A DNA stretch of 64,000 nucleotides from Eledone cirrhosa (lineage: Eukaryota): positions 47,926,001-47,990,000 of the forward strand of contig OZ024751.1 of assembly GCA_964016885.1 (NCBI GenBank), given 5' to 3'. The notes under the pieces were generated by a model that saw only the letters and a list, made by a program, of their open reading frames with translations, was not told the DNA's origin and ran no database searches. Of this stretch, positions 26,802 through 40,039 are shown piece after piece. The position numbers and the translations under genes are program-made. Numbering within the stretch: the stretch's first letter is position 1; each line of letters begins with the position of its first letter.

Positions 26802-28481
26802 CTAATAAAAACAAAATAAAATAAAATATATAAAATATACAAAATAAAATATATAAAATATACAAAATAAAATATATAAAATATACAAAATAAAATAAAA
26901 TTAATGTATGTATAATTTAATACGTTAAATAAGTCAGTTAACCCAGTCCAACATGCCAAATAAGTTAGTTAACCTGGTCCAAGATGCCAAATAAGTTAGT
27001 TAACCTGGTCCAAGATGCCAAATAAGTTAGTTAACCCAGTAAAGATAAATCAGTAAACCCAGGACCAAGATGCCAAACAAGTCAGTTAACCTAGTAAATA
27101 TACCAAATCAGTTAGTTAACCAAGTAAAAGCTGCCAAATAAGCCAGTTAATCCAGTATAAGATATTAAACCACAGTTAGTTAACCTTGTGTCAAATGTAA
27201 AGATAGTTAGTTAACCTAACATAACACCACAATTGCCATCCCATGTAATACACAATACCCAGTACAACAGCAGCTGTTAACCCAGTACAAAATCACACAG
27301 GGGTTTAATTAACCCAGTACACAATGCTTTATATGTTAGTTAAGCTAGTAGATAGGCAAGATGTTAGGGGATATGGTGACTGAAGAGGATATAAGAAGCA
27401 CCTTAATAACAAAGGAAACCGTCAGAAAAGTTAAGTTCGAAGTACTGGAGGGATGAAATAAATATGGAAGGACTGAAGTGTTAAAATTGTTGTAAGTAAA
27501 GGCATTGTTTGAGGATGTTAGTAGTAGGAGTAGGATATGAGAGAGAAGTAGAGAGAGTATGAATAGGTTAGATAAAGAGTGGGGTAAGAGAGACAGTGAG
27601 AGAAGAAAACAAGAGAGATAGAGTGAGAGAGTTGAAGAGAGAATAAGAGAATGGGAGAGGGGGGAGAGAGAGAGAGAAACAGAGTGGGAGAGAGAGAGAA
27701 AGAGAGTGGGGAGAGAGAGAGAGGGAGAGAGAGTGGAGAGAGAGGGGGAGAGAGAGAAAGAGAGAGAGAGAGAGAGTGGAGAGAGAAAGAGAGTGGAGAG
27801 AGAGAAAGAGAGTGGAGAGAGGAAGAGAGTGGGGAGAGAGAAAGAGAGTGGGGAGAGAGGGAGAGAGAAAGAGAGTGGGGAGAGAGGGAGAGAGAAAGAG
27901 AGTGGGGAGAGAGGGAGATAAAGAGAGAGGGGAGAGAAAGAGAAAGAAAGAGAGAGAGCGGGGAGAGAAAGAGAAAGAAAGAGAGAGAGAGGGGAGAGGG
28001 AGAAAGAAGGAGAGAGAGAGGGGAGAGAAAGAGAGAGAGACGGGGGAGAGAGGGGGAGGGGGGGGGGGGAAGAGAGAGAGAGAGGGGAGAGAAAGAGAGA
28101 GAGAGAGGGGAGAGAAAGAGAGAGAGAGGGGGGAGAGAGAGAGAGAGAGGGGAAAGAGAGAAAGAGTCGGAGAGAGATAGAGAGGGGGAACATTCCCATT
28201 GTTGCCCTGTTACAAAATTATTAGTTTGTTTCAGTTCTTGGAATAACAAAAGTGTTAGAAATTAGCCCTGATGTGTGTAAGTGTATGTGGGTGTATGAGT
28301 GTATGTGTGTATGTGTATGTATGTGTGTAAGTGTATGTGTGTGTATGAGTGTATGTGTGTGTGTGTGTATGAGTGAGGGAAGGTATGATATAAAACAGAA
28401 GGAAGAAGTATTAGAAAACCCTATTAGTAGCGCTTCCTCAGACCATATTGTCAATATGTATAAAGATGGAGGTATGCTTAC

Positions 28482-28487
28482 CAGGTG
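28482..28487 (-). CDS. endoA: Candidate 6-nt microexon, copy 2
   Basis: ttttattttgtttttattAG|CACCTG|GTAAGC. Frame-preserving, adds Ala-Pro in phase 1. Confidence 0.45.
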
Positions 28488-28666
28488 CTAATAAAAACAA
28501 AATAAAATAAAATATATAAAATATACAAAATAAAATTATATAAAATATACAAAATAAAATAAAATTAATGTATGTATAATTACAGACATACAGATAGATA
28601 GGCAAATATCTAGATAGATACATGCTTGTGTATGGGGGTGTATATATAAATATATATATAAGCATG

Positions 28667-28724
<58 letters not shown>

Positions 28725-28740
28725 TATATACATACTTACA

Positions 28741-28777
<37 letters not shown>

Positions 28778-29350
28778 ATAATAATAAATTTGAAGACTAA
28801 ACTAAACAGATGAGTATAGGCAAATAATGTGTTTACTGAAGATATGATCAACTTTCGTCAAATCGGACCGAGGAAACAATGTTTCCATTGGTCTTTCCAA
28901 TTGCTAATGCTATCTATTGGTTGCAACTCCAGGTAGAAGGAGCAACATGAAATAAAGTATCTTGCTTAAGGACATAACGCATAGCCTGGTCTGGGAATCA
29001 AACTCACAACCTTACAATTGCAAATCCAATTCTCTAACCACTCAGCCACGCGCCAGAGGCTAGTGCGTGACTGGTACTTTATTTTATCGACCCTGTAAGT
29101 TAATCTTGGCGGGATCTGAATTCAGATCAGAAAAGGTTATAACTCTATGACGCTAAGCATGGTGTCCGACCCTCTACTGATACTGCCAACCCACCGCCCT
29201 AATAAAAATAATATGCCCTCGGTGTTGGGAAGATATGGAAACAAAACTGAAGGAAGAAGAAAAACACAAATGATAATAACAATAATAATGATGATGATAA
29301 TCAAAATATAATCAATTAAAAAAATAATATTGAACCATATTAAATGATCA

Positions 29351-29393
<43 letters not shown>

Positions 29394-29674
29394 AGACCTC
29401 CACCAGTTCTGATGATATGTGTTCCAGTTGATTTGATCACGGGAATGGACTGGATCAGTGTGAAATAAAGTGATTTGATCAAGGACACAATCTCTTGCCA
29501 GGAATCGATACATAATCTTGCAATTGTTAGTTGAACACCTTAACCACCCAGTAAAGTGCCTTCACCATATATGCATAAACACATACACACATACATAGAT
29601 ACGAGTCCCAGATTCAATCGGGGGGGGTAACCACAATTAGTAAGGTACTCAATACATTATTAGAGTGTAAACAT

Positions 29675-29813
29675 CATGTTTAATATAGAAATGGCTTCTA
29701 CAGGACTAAAACTGTTTCATTCAAAAGAAATCATCAAGAAAGCCGTTTCTTGGTGATTTATTTTGAATGAGACAGTCCTAGTCTTGTAAAAGCCATTTCT
29801 ATATTAAACATGA
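29675..29813. repeat. Diverged fold-back with degenerate HHR cores, same family as 35146-35462
   Basis: Imperfect palindrome centred near 29743. Shares ggtaaccaca..taaggtactcaatac and ctacaggacta..actgtttcat with 35101-35212. Confidence 0.8.
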
Positions 29814-30049
29814 TATATATAATATATATACATATATATATATATACACACACACACAGAGAGAGGAAGCATGCATATTCTTCCCTCTATACAGGTTGTT
29901 AGTTTTATTTCTGGCATTACACTGTGTCCTTCATCAAGACTCTCCATTCTACCACAGCTCCAGACCACTCAGCTGGGATGCTCAGTCACTTACACATTAA
30001 CTTCATGAACAGGTGGTACACTTGCCATCGACACCAATGGAGGACCAAC

Positions 30050-31330
30050 AACACACGTGTGTGTGTGTGTGTGTTGTTATAAAGATGTATATATACCTGC
30101 AAGCATGTGCATGTGCATGTGTGTGTGTGCAATAATGTATACATGTATGTGCATGAGTGTTTGTTTCCATGCAAAGATATGTGCATACAAGCATGTGTGT
30201 GTGTATGTGTCTGTGCAATAATGTAAACATGCATGTGTGCATGTGTTTCTATGCAAAGATGTGCATACAAGCATGTGTTTGCATGTGTGTGTGCAATAAT
30301 GTATACATGCATGTGTGCACGTGTGTGTGTGTGTGTGTATTTGTTTCTATGCAAAGATGTGCATACAAGCATGTGTTTGCATATGTGTGTGCAATAATGT
30401 ATACATGCATGTGTGCACGTGTGTGTGTGTGTGTGTATTTGTTTCTATGCAAAGATGTGCATACAAGCATGTGTTTGCATATGTGTGTGCAATAATGTAT
30501 ACATGCATGTGTGCACGTGTGTGTGTGTGTGTGTATTTGTTTCTATGCAAAGATGTGCATACAAGCATGTGTTTGCATGTGTGTGTGCAATAATGTATAC
30601 ATGCATGTGTGCACGTGTGTGTGTGTGTGTGTATTTGTTACTATGCAAAGATGTGCATACAAGCATGTGTTTGCATATGTGTGTGCAATAATGTATACAT
30701 GCATGTGTGCACGTGTGTGTGTGTGTGTGTATTTGTTTCTATGCAAAGATGTGCATACAAGCATGTGTTTGCATATGTGTGTGCAATAATGTATACATGC
30801 ATGTGTGCACGTGTGTGTGTGTGTGTGTGTATTTGTTTCTATGCAAAGATGTGCATACAAGCATGTGTTTGCATATGTGTGTGCAATAATGTATACATGC
30901 ATGTGTGCACGTGTGTGTGTGTGTGTGTATTTGTTTCTATGCAAAGATGTGCATACAAGCATGTGTTTGCATGTGTGTGTGCAATAATGTATACATGCAT
31001 GTGTGCACGTGTGTGTGTGTGTGTGTATTTGTTTCTATGCAAAGATGTGCATACAAGCATGCGTTTGCATATGTGTGTGCAATAATGTATACATGCATGT
31101 GTGCACGTGTGTGTGTGTGTATTTGTTTCTATGCAAAGATGTGCATACAAGCATGTGTTTGCATATGTGTGTGCAATAATGTATACATGCATGTGTGCAC
31201 GTGTGTGCACGTGTGTGTGTGTGTATTTGTTTCTATGCAAAGATATCTGCATTCAAGCATGTGTGTAATTGTGTCTGTACAAAGATATGAGCATGTGTGT
31301 ATATATGTTTGTGTGTTTCTATGCAAAGAT
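30050..31330. repeat. 98-bp satellite, about 11 copies plus diverged flanks
   Basis: Unit tttctatgcaaagatgtgcatacaagcatgtgtttgca..gcaataatgtatacatgcatgtgtgcac(gt)n. Confidence 0.95.
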
Positions 31331-31343
31331 ATGTGCAAACAAG

Positions 31344-31418
<75 letters not shown>

Positions 31419-31471
31419 AAAAATATATACACACATGCATGTGTGTACATGTCCTTGCAAAGACATACATG

Positions 31472-31537
<66 letters not shown>

Positions 31538-31679
31538 CATCATAGCATATGAAAAAGCATGCGTAAGTGTATGTAATATGTTAGCAGGAAAAATAATTAA
31601 GTAACATTAATTAATCTGCGTTGCCGTTAGTGACAAAGAAGTTTAAAATAAATACATTTATAGAAATAGCCAAAAATAT

Positions 31680-32355
31680 ATAAATATATATCATATATAT
31701 ATGATATATATATGATATATATATCATATATATATCATATATATATGATATATATATCATATATATATGATATATATATCATATATATATGATATATATA
31801 TCATATATATATCATATATATATGATATATATATCATATATATATCATATATATATGATATATATATCATATATATATATATATCATATATATATCATAT
31901 ATATATATCATATATATATATCATATATATATATATATATCATATATATATATATATATCATATATCATATATATATATATATATATATCATATATATAT
32001 ATCATATATATATATATATATCATATATATATATCATATATATATATATATATCATATATATATATCATATATATATCATATATATATATCATATATATA
32101 TCATTATATATCATATATATATATTATATATATATATCATATATATATATCATATATATATATCATATATATATATCATATATATATCATATATATATAT
32201 TATATATATATCATATATATATATATCATATATATATCATATATATATCATATATATATCATATATATATCATATATATATATTATATATATATCATATA
32301 TATATATATCATATATATATCATATATATATCATATATATATCATATATATATAT
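31680..32355. repeat. (TA)n-TC compound microsatellite
   Basis: Variable (AT)nC units. Confidence 0.95.
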
Positions 32356-32459
32356 CCCCAAAACCAAAAATAAAGACAATACAATATATATAAGTAAACA
32401 ACATAGTTACCACCACCAGTAATTGATAACTTATGGTGAAAGATATATGGGATAGGTTA

Positions 32460-33490
32460 GTAGTGGTAGGGGTGGTGGGGTGGTTGGTGGTGGGGGTGGG
32501 GGTGGGTGGTGAGTGAGGTAGTGGTGGTTGGTGGTGAGTGAGGTAGTGGTGGTTGGTGGTGAGTGAGGTAGTGGTGGTTGGTGGTGAGTGAGGTAGTGGT
32601 GGTTGGTGGTGAGTGAGGTAGTGGTGGTTGGTGGTGAGTGAGGTAGTGGTGGTTGGTGGTGAGTGAGGTAGTGGTGGTTGGTGGTGGGGGTGGGGGTTGG
32701 TGGTTGGTGGTGAGTGAGGTAGTGGTGGTTGGTGGTGAGTGAGGTAGTGGTGGTTGGTGGTGAGTGAGGTAGTGGTGGTTGGTGGTGAGTGAGGTAGTGG
32801 TGGTTGGTGGTGAGTGAGGTAGTGGTGGTTGGTGGTGAGTGAGGTAGTGGTGGTTGGTGGTGAGTGAGGTAGTGGTGGTTGGTGGTGAGTGAGGTAGTGG
32901 TGGTTGGTGGTGAGTGAGGTAGTGGTGGTTGGTGGTGAGTGAGGTAGTGGTGGTTGGTGGTGAGTGAGGTAGTGGTGGTTGGTGGTGAGTGAGGTAGTGG
33001 TGGTTGGTGGTGAGTGAGGTAGTGGTGGTTGGTGGTGAGTGAGGTAGTGGTGGTTGGTGGTGAGTGAGGTAGTGGTGGTTGGTGGTGAGTGAGGTAGTGG
33101 TGGTTGGTGGTGAGTGAGGTAGTGGTGGTTGGTGGTGAGTGAGGTAGTGGTGGTTGGTGGTGAGTGAGGTAGTGGTGGTTGGTGGTGAGTGAGGTAGTGG
33201 TGGTTGATGGTGAGTGAGGTAGTGGTGGTTGGTGGTGAGTGAGGTAGTGGTGGTTGGTGGTGAGTGAGGTAGTGGTGGTTGGTGGTGAGTGAGGTAGTGG
33301 TGGTTGGTGGTGAGTGAGGTAGTGGTGGTTGGTGGTGAGTGAGGTAGTGGTGGTTGATGGTGAGTGAGGTAGTGATGGTTGGTGGTGAGTGAGGTAGTGG
33401 TGGTTGGTGGTGGGGGTGGGGGTTGGTGGTTGGTGGTGAGTGAGGTAGTGGTGGTTGGTGGTGAGTGAGGTAGTGGTGGTTGGTGGTTGC
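32460..33490. repeat. 25-bp G-rich minisatellite, about 40 copies
   Basis: Unit gtggtgagtgaggtagtggtggttg. Confidence 0.95.
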
Positions 33491-34777
33491 CATGTTTCTA
33501 ATAAGAGACACTGCCTATGATTTTCAAATCATTTTTTGAAAACATTCTTGAGTCTGGAGGGATTTTGTAAAACTACAAACTTTCCCATTATTACGTTGGT
33601 GCTTGGAACATAACTTAAAGATTCTTACATAAAATTACGATGGAAGATTTTTAGATGAATATAAACTCTTTAAAGTAAAATTCTGCATCATAGAACCAGG
33701 AGCAGTTTCAGATGGTTTTGGTATCAAAATGGTTAAATATAGGGATAGAACATAGATGTAGGGTGAGTGGAGGAGCAGGGGAGGGGTTTCATTTCATAAA
33801 AAAAAGGAAATAAAATAAGCTCTGACACCAATAAAGAGGTGGAGAAGGTGTGACATGGGGAAGAGGTTGAATGAAATGAAAATATAAAGAAAAAGAAGGG
33901 GTTAATGGTATTAACACACAAGCAAAGTAAAAAAAAAAAGCTCACCTCTCCATCACTTACCCTGAACAGAGGAGTAAGTAATGGGGTTAGGGGAAGGGAA
34001 TATTCATGCAGATGGGACCACAAAAACAAACAAACATACAAAACCTTATTTCATAAATCCTCAGACATTGCCAACAACATTTACTGTATATACTCAAATA
34101 TAAGCTGAGGAATATGTGACCTAAACATCGATGATAAAATGGTAAAATGGGGGAGAGGGGCTTATGTATGCCATTTAAATAATATGTTGATTAACTGCCT
34201 CAGTTTATAGATGGGGTTTGGATTTCTCAGACATAAAATGGGAAGGGGTGGCTTATATTCGTTCGAGTATATATGGTAAGACTTAAAATTTACAAGAATT
34301 ACTTCAGGAAATTGTGTTTGTTTTAATCAAATAATTTGGGAATAGCTTGTTTTGCTTTTTTTTTTCATTTTCAAATAATTTTTTTTTTTAAACATTTTTT
34401 TTTTTAAGAAAACAATTCTGCAAAACTGACTTCTTGAATAATTAAGTAAAATGGTTCATTAGATTTGTATCGTTTGTCGTCGATTTAAACTGCTGTATAT
34501 TGTGTGGATCTTGGTTTCAGAGTAGATGCACAGTGTCCCTTAATGACACAAGAGGTGCAAATAAAAAGGGGGTGGCACCTGGAAGGATATCTAGTGGTAA
34601 AATGTTATGGGGTCCACATGGCTAGTCCCTGATGTAGCAAGGAATATGCCCTTAACCCGTTAGCATTTACATTATTCTATATATACTATTGTATTGTTAG
34701 CAACCTCAACAGTTTCTTAAACAACAGACATGAAGGCAATATCATTTTATACATACACAAACACACACATATACATG

Positions 34778-34980
<203 letters not shown>

Positions 34981-35014
34981 CAATATATATATATATATAT
35001 ATACAATATATGTA

Positions 35015-35074
<60 letters not shown>

Positions 35075-35145
35075 CATACGTTATTCCGGGTTGAATCGGA
35101 GGTAACCACAGTAAGTAAGGTACTCAATACATAGCAGAGTATAAA

Positions 35146-35462
35146 AGTTTTAATATAGATGAGATTCTACAGGACTAGAACTGTTTCATACTTTAGAAAT
35201 CATCAGGAATCTGGGTATCAAAAAATAAATATGGTATTTATAGGTCTCTTCAGGTGGTAGAAGAGGGTAGGGAGTGGGATGGGTAGAGGTCATTGGTTGA
35301 TAGAAAAGGGAATTCATTAAAAGCTAATTCTTTAAAGCTATAGTTTATATTTAGAGTAACAAAGGCAGAAATACCATATTTATTTTTTGATACCCAGATT
35401 CCTGATGATTTCTAAAGAATGAAACAGTTCTAGTCCTGTAGAATCTCATCTATATTAAAACT
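35146..35462. repeat. Inverted repeat, 94-bp arms, 129-bp spacer, HHR in each arm
   Basis: 35146-35239 vs 35369-35462, one mismatch seen, flanked by (TA)n. Confidence 0.92.
35396..35446 (+). ncRNA. Type I hammerhead ribozyme (inverted copy at 35162-35212)
   Basis: AGATTC-CTGATGA-tTTC(taaa)GAAt-GAAACAG(ttctagtc)CTGTA-GAATCT. 4-bp stem III, GUA site, weak stem II. Confidence 0.7.
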
Positions 35463-35473
35463 ATATATATATA

Positions 35474-35955
35474 TATATATCATAAAACATGTCTATAGAA
35501 TCAAAAGATAAAATATATACCATTTCCTCTCCAAATTAGCATAATTAACTATATAAAAAATCGAATAGACCAGGCTATAAGAATGAGGCTTCTATGAAGA
35601 AATCTCCAACAAATAACCGAAATTAGCCCTTCGTCGGCCACAATGGAATATTTATCGAATATTTCGACAGCGTAATCGCCCAGATACAGTCAACTAAACA
35701 GAATTAGGTGTTTTTTTACACCTAATTCTGTTTAGTTGACTGTATCTGGGCGATTACGCTGTCGAAATATTCGATAAATATTCCATTGTGGCCGACGAAG
35801 GGCTAATTTCGGTTATTTGTTGGAGATTTCTTCATAGAAGCCTCATTCTTATAGCCTGGTCTATTCGATTTTTTATATAGTTAATTATGCTAATTTGGAG
35901 AGGAAATGGTATATATTTTATCTTTTGATTCTATAGACGTGTTTTATGATATATA
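35474..35955. repeat. Long palindrome, ~238-bp arms, T6 loop
   Basis: Arms reverse-complementary about 35712-35717, one mismatch seen. Confidence 0.95.
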
Positions 35956-36051
35956 GCTCTGATTATTTAATTTATTAATTTTTCATTGAGCCACAAAGTG
36001 ACCCGTTGCAAAACACGTATATGTATATATATGTATATATATATATGTAAA

Positions 36052-36096
<45 letters not shown>

Positions 36097-36177
36097 AGAT
36101 AAGAACATAGATGATGAGTTTAGTAGAGGTGCAGAAGATAAATAAGTAACAATGATTTGAAATAAGAGAGAACAAAC

Positions 36178-36198
36178 CTGGAGAGAGTCCTGGTGAGA
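36178..36198 (-). CDS. endoA: Candidate microexon, 21 nt (12 nt with the internal AG), phase 1-1
   Basis: Long pyrimidine tract tttctctctcttctctttgtttatcaAG|TCTCACCAG|GACTCTCTCCAG|GTTTGT. Encodes (V)SPGLSP or (G)LSP. Confidence 0.5.
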
Positions 36199-36708
36199 CT
36201 TGATAAACAAAGAGAAGAGAGAGAAATGGTTATGTTTAGAGATGACTTTCTCAATTATTTAGACATTCACATATACACACACATGTGTATATGCATACAA
36301 GTGTGCAATAAAGTGTGTATATATATATCAATACATTATTCTTTATATGTTTTTGAAAGCTTACATTTAATTTTTAATTTTTATTCTTCTGGATATGTTA
36401 AATAACTCAATGTATTTATCTATTTTTCCTGATGAAATGGGGATTTTTTTTTTATTGAGTGCCATTTAAATTATTGATTATTAATTATTTGACTGATTAA
36501 TTGATTAATTCTATGTATTGGCACCACATTTATCTCTATAGAAACAATTGTAGAAATTAATGATGGAATTTGTATAACAACCTTGGTTTCATTTTACATT
36601 AATTATATAATAAGTGTATATATATAAAGAGAGAGAAAGGGACTGACTGTTGAAGAAACAACATGATGCATTCGTCCGACCCCCTATATCACGAAAAGAA
36701 AAATAATT

Positions 36709-36739
<31 letters not shown>

Positions 36740-37204
36740 TTATTGGATTTTTCCCAAATTTAAGGGTTTCTTAGGAACTTTCAATTTTTATTTTAGGATT
36801 TGCCGTTTGAAGAGCTCAGGCTATCTTAACTGATAGCCCTAGGTGAAATAAACCTGAATCAACCGATCTTTTAGAAATATTAAAAAAAATATATATATAT
36901 CATGCATATGTGTGTATGTGTGTATGTATGTATGTGTAGTTCATGAATTGACAGGAAACAGCAAAAAAAGCAAAAAAAGCAACAAAAAAAAGAAAAGAAA
37001 AGAAAAAAAAAATTTGCCAATATTCTTCAAAAATGACAAGGAATTCTACAGATTACAACTTGGTAATTTACAAAGATCCAGGCAACATGTGTAAGATTGT
37101 GTATTGTTTTGATGGTGATGATGATGATGGTAATGACATTGCTGGTGATGATGCTGCTGATGATGATGATGACAACGACAATAATCATAATGATCTCTTA
37201 CAGA

Positions 37205-37650
37205 AACACATTTCGGCAATTATATTGACCCTCAACACATGACTGATACTAAAGTAAATTTTATCAACCCTCGGAGAATGAATTGTAAAGTTGAACACGG
37301 TGGGATTCGAACACAAACTATTAAAGTGCTGAAGTAATTAACACAAGGTATTTTCTCTCACGTGCTAGTGAATCTAGCAAGCCACCGCTTCTGGCTTCAT
37401 CATCATCAGAATTTAACTCCAGTTTTCTCTGTTTTTACTTTTGGCACAAGGCCAGCAATTTGAAAGGGAGGGGAGGGGGTTGTCAATGAAATCGACCCCA
37501 GAGCATTACTGGTACTTTATTTCATTGACCCTCCGCAAAGATGAAAAGCAAAGCCAACCTCAGTGGGATTTGAACTCGGAATGTGAAGTGCAGGAACAAA
37601 TACTACAATGTAATTTACCCAACTCTCACAATTCGGACAACCCACCGCCC
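37205..37650 (-). mobile_element. Two diverged family-A SINEs
   Basis: ggcacaaggccagcaatt...gatttgaactc...ccaccgccc pattern, twice. Confidence 0.75.
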
Positions 37651-38443
37651 TAATATGTAATAAAAATAAGATATACTATTTTGAAAGCTATGATGTAAAC
37701 TAATAGTGCGTTCCTTTCATATTGTATCTGGCTTCAAAATAATGGTAAATCCTGAGAGATTAAAAGAATACAAGTGACCTAAGGAATGGAAAAGTAAGGT
37801 GGTGGTGAACACAGTTTGCAGCGACATGAATAACAAGCATATGAATAACAACGTATATATGGTATAGTTCTTCATAAACATCCACTGAAGTATCAGTGAG
37901 AAGGGAACAAGGAACAACTCTGATACTTAACATTACAATATATTACTAAGAAATATTAATAAAGCGATAGCATGAACAAGTGTGTTTATGTGCGTGTGTG
38001 TGTCAGCAAGTGAGTAAGAGCAGTGACTCTACCATGATGTTATTGTTTTAGTCACAACATATATCAGATCAAATCACTTGCTAAACAGCTCTGGGGATTG
38101 TGTACATACATGTATATATATATATATAGATTTTGAGTTTATGTTAATGGGAAGTTTGACACTTTTTTTTGTTATTTTGTTCCTTTAACACCTTGTCCCT
38201 TCTACCATTTTATCAATTTTTAAGCTAACTCCAACAATAACAACACTTAGAATGAGGAATGTTCTAATAACTGACCAATGAAAGGAGAAGGGGACCTTTG
38301 ACACTGAAATTCGTTTGTTTGAATTCATATGACTCCAGTTCCTCAGTGAATTAACAACCCAACAAGGAACTGGGCATATCAGAGTATTGACAATATTATA
38401 CACCTAAACAACATATGTACTTGTCTATACCATACTAATTCAA

Positions 38444-38498
38444 ACTGCCTGAAGAGGTCACAGCCAAAGATGGCTGTCACTGAAATATATATAGCAGT
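38444..38498 (+). ncRNA. Minimal type I hammerhead ribozyme
   Basis: ACTGC-CTGAAGA-GGTcACAGCCA(aaga)TGGCTGTcACT-GAAATATATATA-GCAGT, followed by AATAAA and then (TA)n. Confidence 0.8.
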
Positions 38499-38610
38499 AA
38501 TAAACGAAGCTAAATTTTAATCATTTGACTTTTATTTAACTTTATTTTATATATATATATATATGTTTTGCAAGGTTTTTCATATGAAATCGTATGTCAA
38601 AACAAATATT

Positions 38611-38980
38611 GTTATACTTGGGGAGGGTCATATTGTTGTAATAATATTGCCAGAAATAATAACAGAACACACTCACTGTTTGGTTGTTTTTCATTTCTGT
38701 ATCTTTTATATCTCCATAGTTAATTTATTTGGCAATCAACGTTTATCATTGATGATGTTGCAGATGTGCAATGAAAGAACTTTGATAGACTATATATACA
38801 TATATATATTTATATCTGTATTTTTAACCGTTGGTCAATCAATGATAAACGTTGATTGTCAAATAAATTAACTATGGAGATATAAAAGGTACAGAAGCGA
38901 AAACCAACCAAACAGTGAATGTGTTCTGTTATTATTTCTGGCAATATTATTACAACAATATGACCCTCCCCAAGTATAAC
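38611..38980. repeat. Inverted repeat, ~143-bp diverged arms
   Basis: gttatacttggggagggtc... vs ...gaccctccccaagtataac, next to (TA)n. Confidence 0.9.
38741..38790 (+). ncRNA. Hammerhead ribozyme, core C3>U variant (probably inactive)
   Basis: GTTTATCA-tTGATGA-t-GTTGCA(gatg)TGCAAT-GAAAGAACTT-TGATAGAC. Stems I and II pair. Confidence 0.6.
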
Positions 38981-39266
38981 GTATATATATATTCATTTTA
39001 TTAAGGCAAAATAGCGAGACTTGTTACTTTGGAGTTTTGCATGCCATATGCTCACACATATATATATATATATATGTGCATTAGTGCGGCAGAAACTCGA
39101 GTCCGGGAACCTTACAGGCACCCGTTTTACGTGTGTTGTGTTGAGGCAAATAACTATGTGTATACTCTGGTAATGTATCTTACATTGCCCATTGAGTGCG
39201 CTGAGATACAACTGGTACTGGCATTGATAAATATGCTGGGTCCGTCAACCCTTATTATATATATAT

Positions 39267-39308
<42 letters not shown>

Positions 39309-39465
39309 TAAAGACATGCATGTATCATCATCATCATCGTCATGATGAAGGAGTCATACAGGTACCATCATGGTATTTAAACTTGGAGGAGCCCATGACT
39401 CTCCAGATCTGAACACAAGATTTCTTCCTGAGAAAGTGATTGCAAGAGAGGGAGGGGGAGGGAGA

Positions 39466-39553
<88 letters not shown>

Positions 39554-39946
39554 ACAGAGGAAGAGTCTGTCCCAGTAATGGACTGATACATTTTTTAAAG
39601 ACTGATATATTTTTTAATGAAAGCCAAAGCTAACCATGGCAAGATCTGAACTCAGTGTGCAATGAACTGGAACAGATACTGCAAATCATTCTATACAATG
39701 TTTTAGTGACTCTCCCAATTCACCACCTTACATACACACACCGATTCACTCATGCGTATATATGAAAATAAGTTGAATGTGCATTGGGAATTTTTAAGAA
39801 GAATTCAGCACAAGCAAATGAGAGAACCATAATTTTTAATGCCAGCTCATGTAGCAGAAAATAAACATTTCTGCTATGTATGTATGTATGTATGTATGTA
39901 TGTATGTATGTATGTATGTATGCATGCATGTATGCATGTATGTATG

Positions 39947-39989
<43 letters not shown>

Positions 39990-40039
39990 TGTCAACAAAA
40001 CAAAACAAAACAGAACAGACAGATGTAACAAAGCATGTT

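Larger units (their letters stand above)
25072..28581. repeat. Tandem segmental duplication (units ~25072-26918 and ~26919-28581)
   Basis: Near-identical unique blocks, 30-bp GTTAAC-containing subrepeats, GA tracts of different length, a few substitutions. Confidence 0.93.

Noticed and set aside
25752-28265. ER-rich and SL-rich ORFs
   Set aside because: Translations of (GA)n tracts.
32342-33511. 389-aa Pro/Thr/His-rich extensin-like ORF
   Set aside because: Product of a 25-bp minisatellite cycling through frames.
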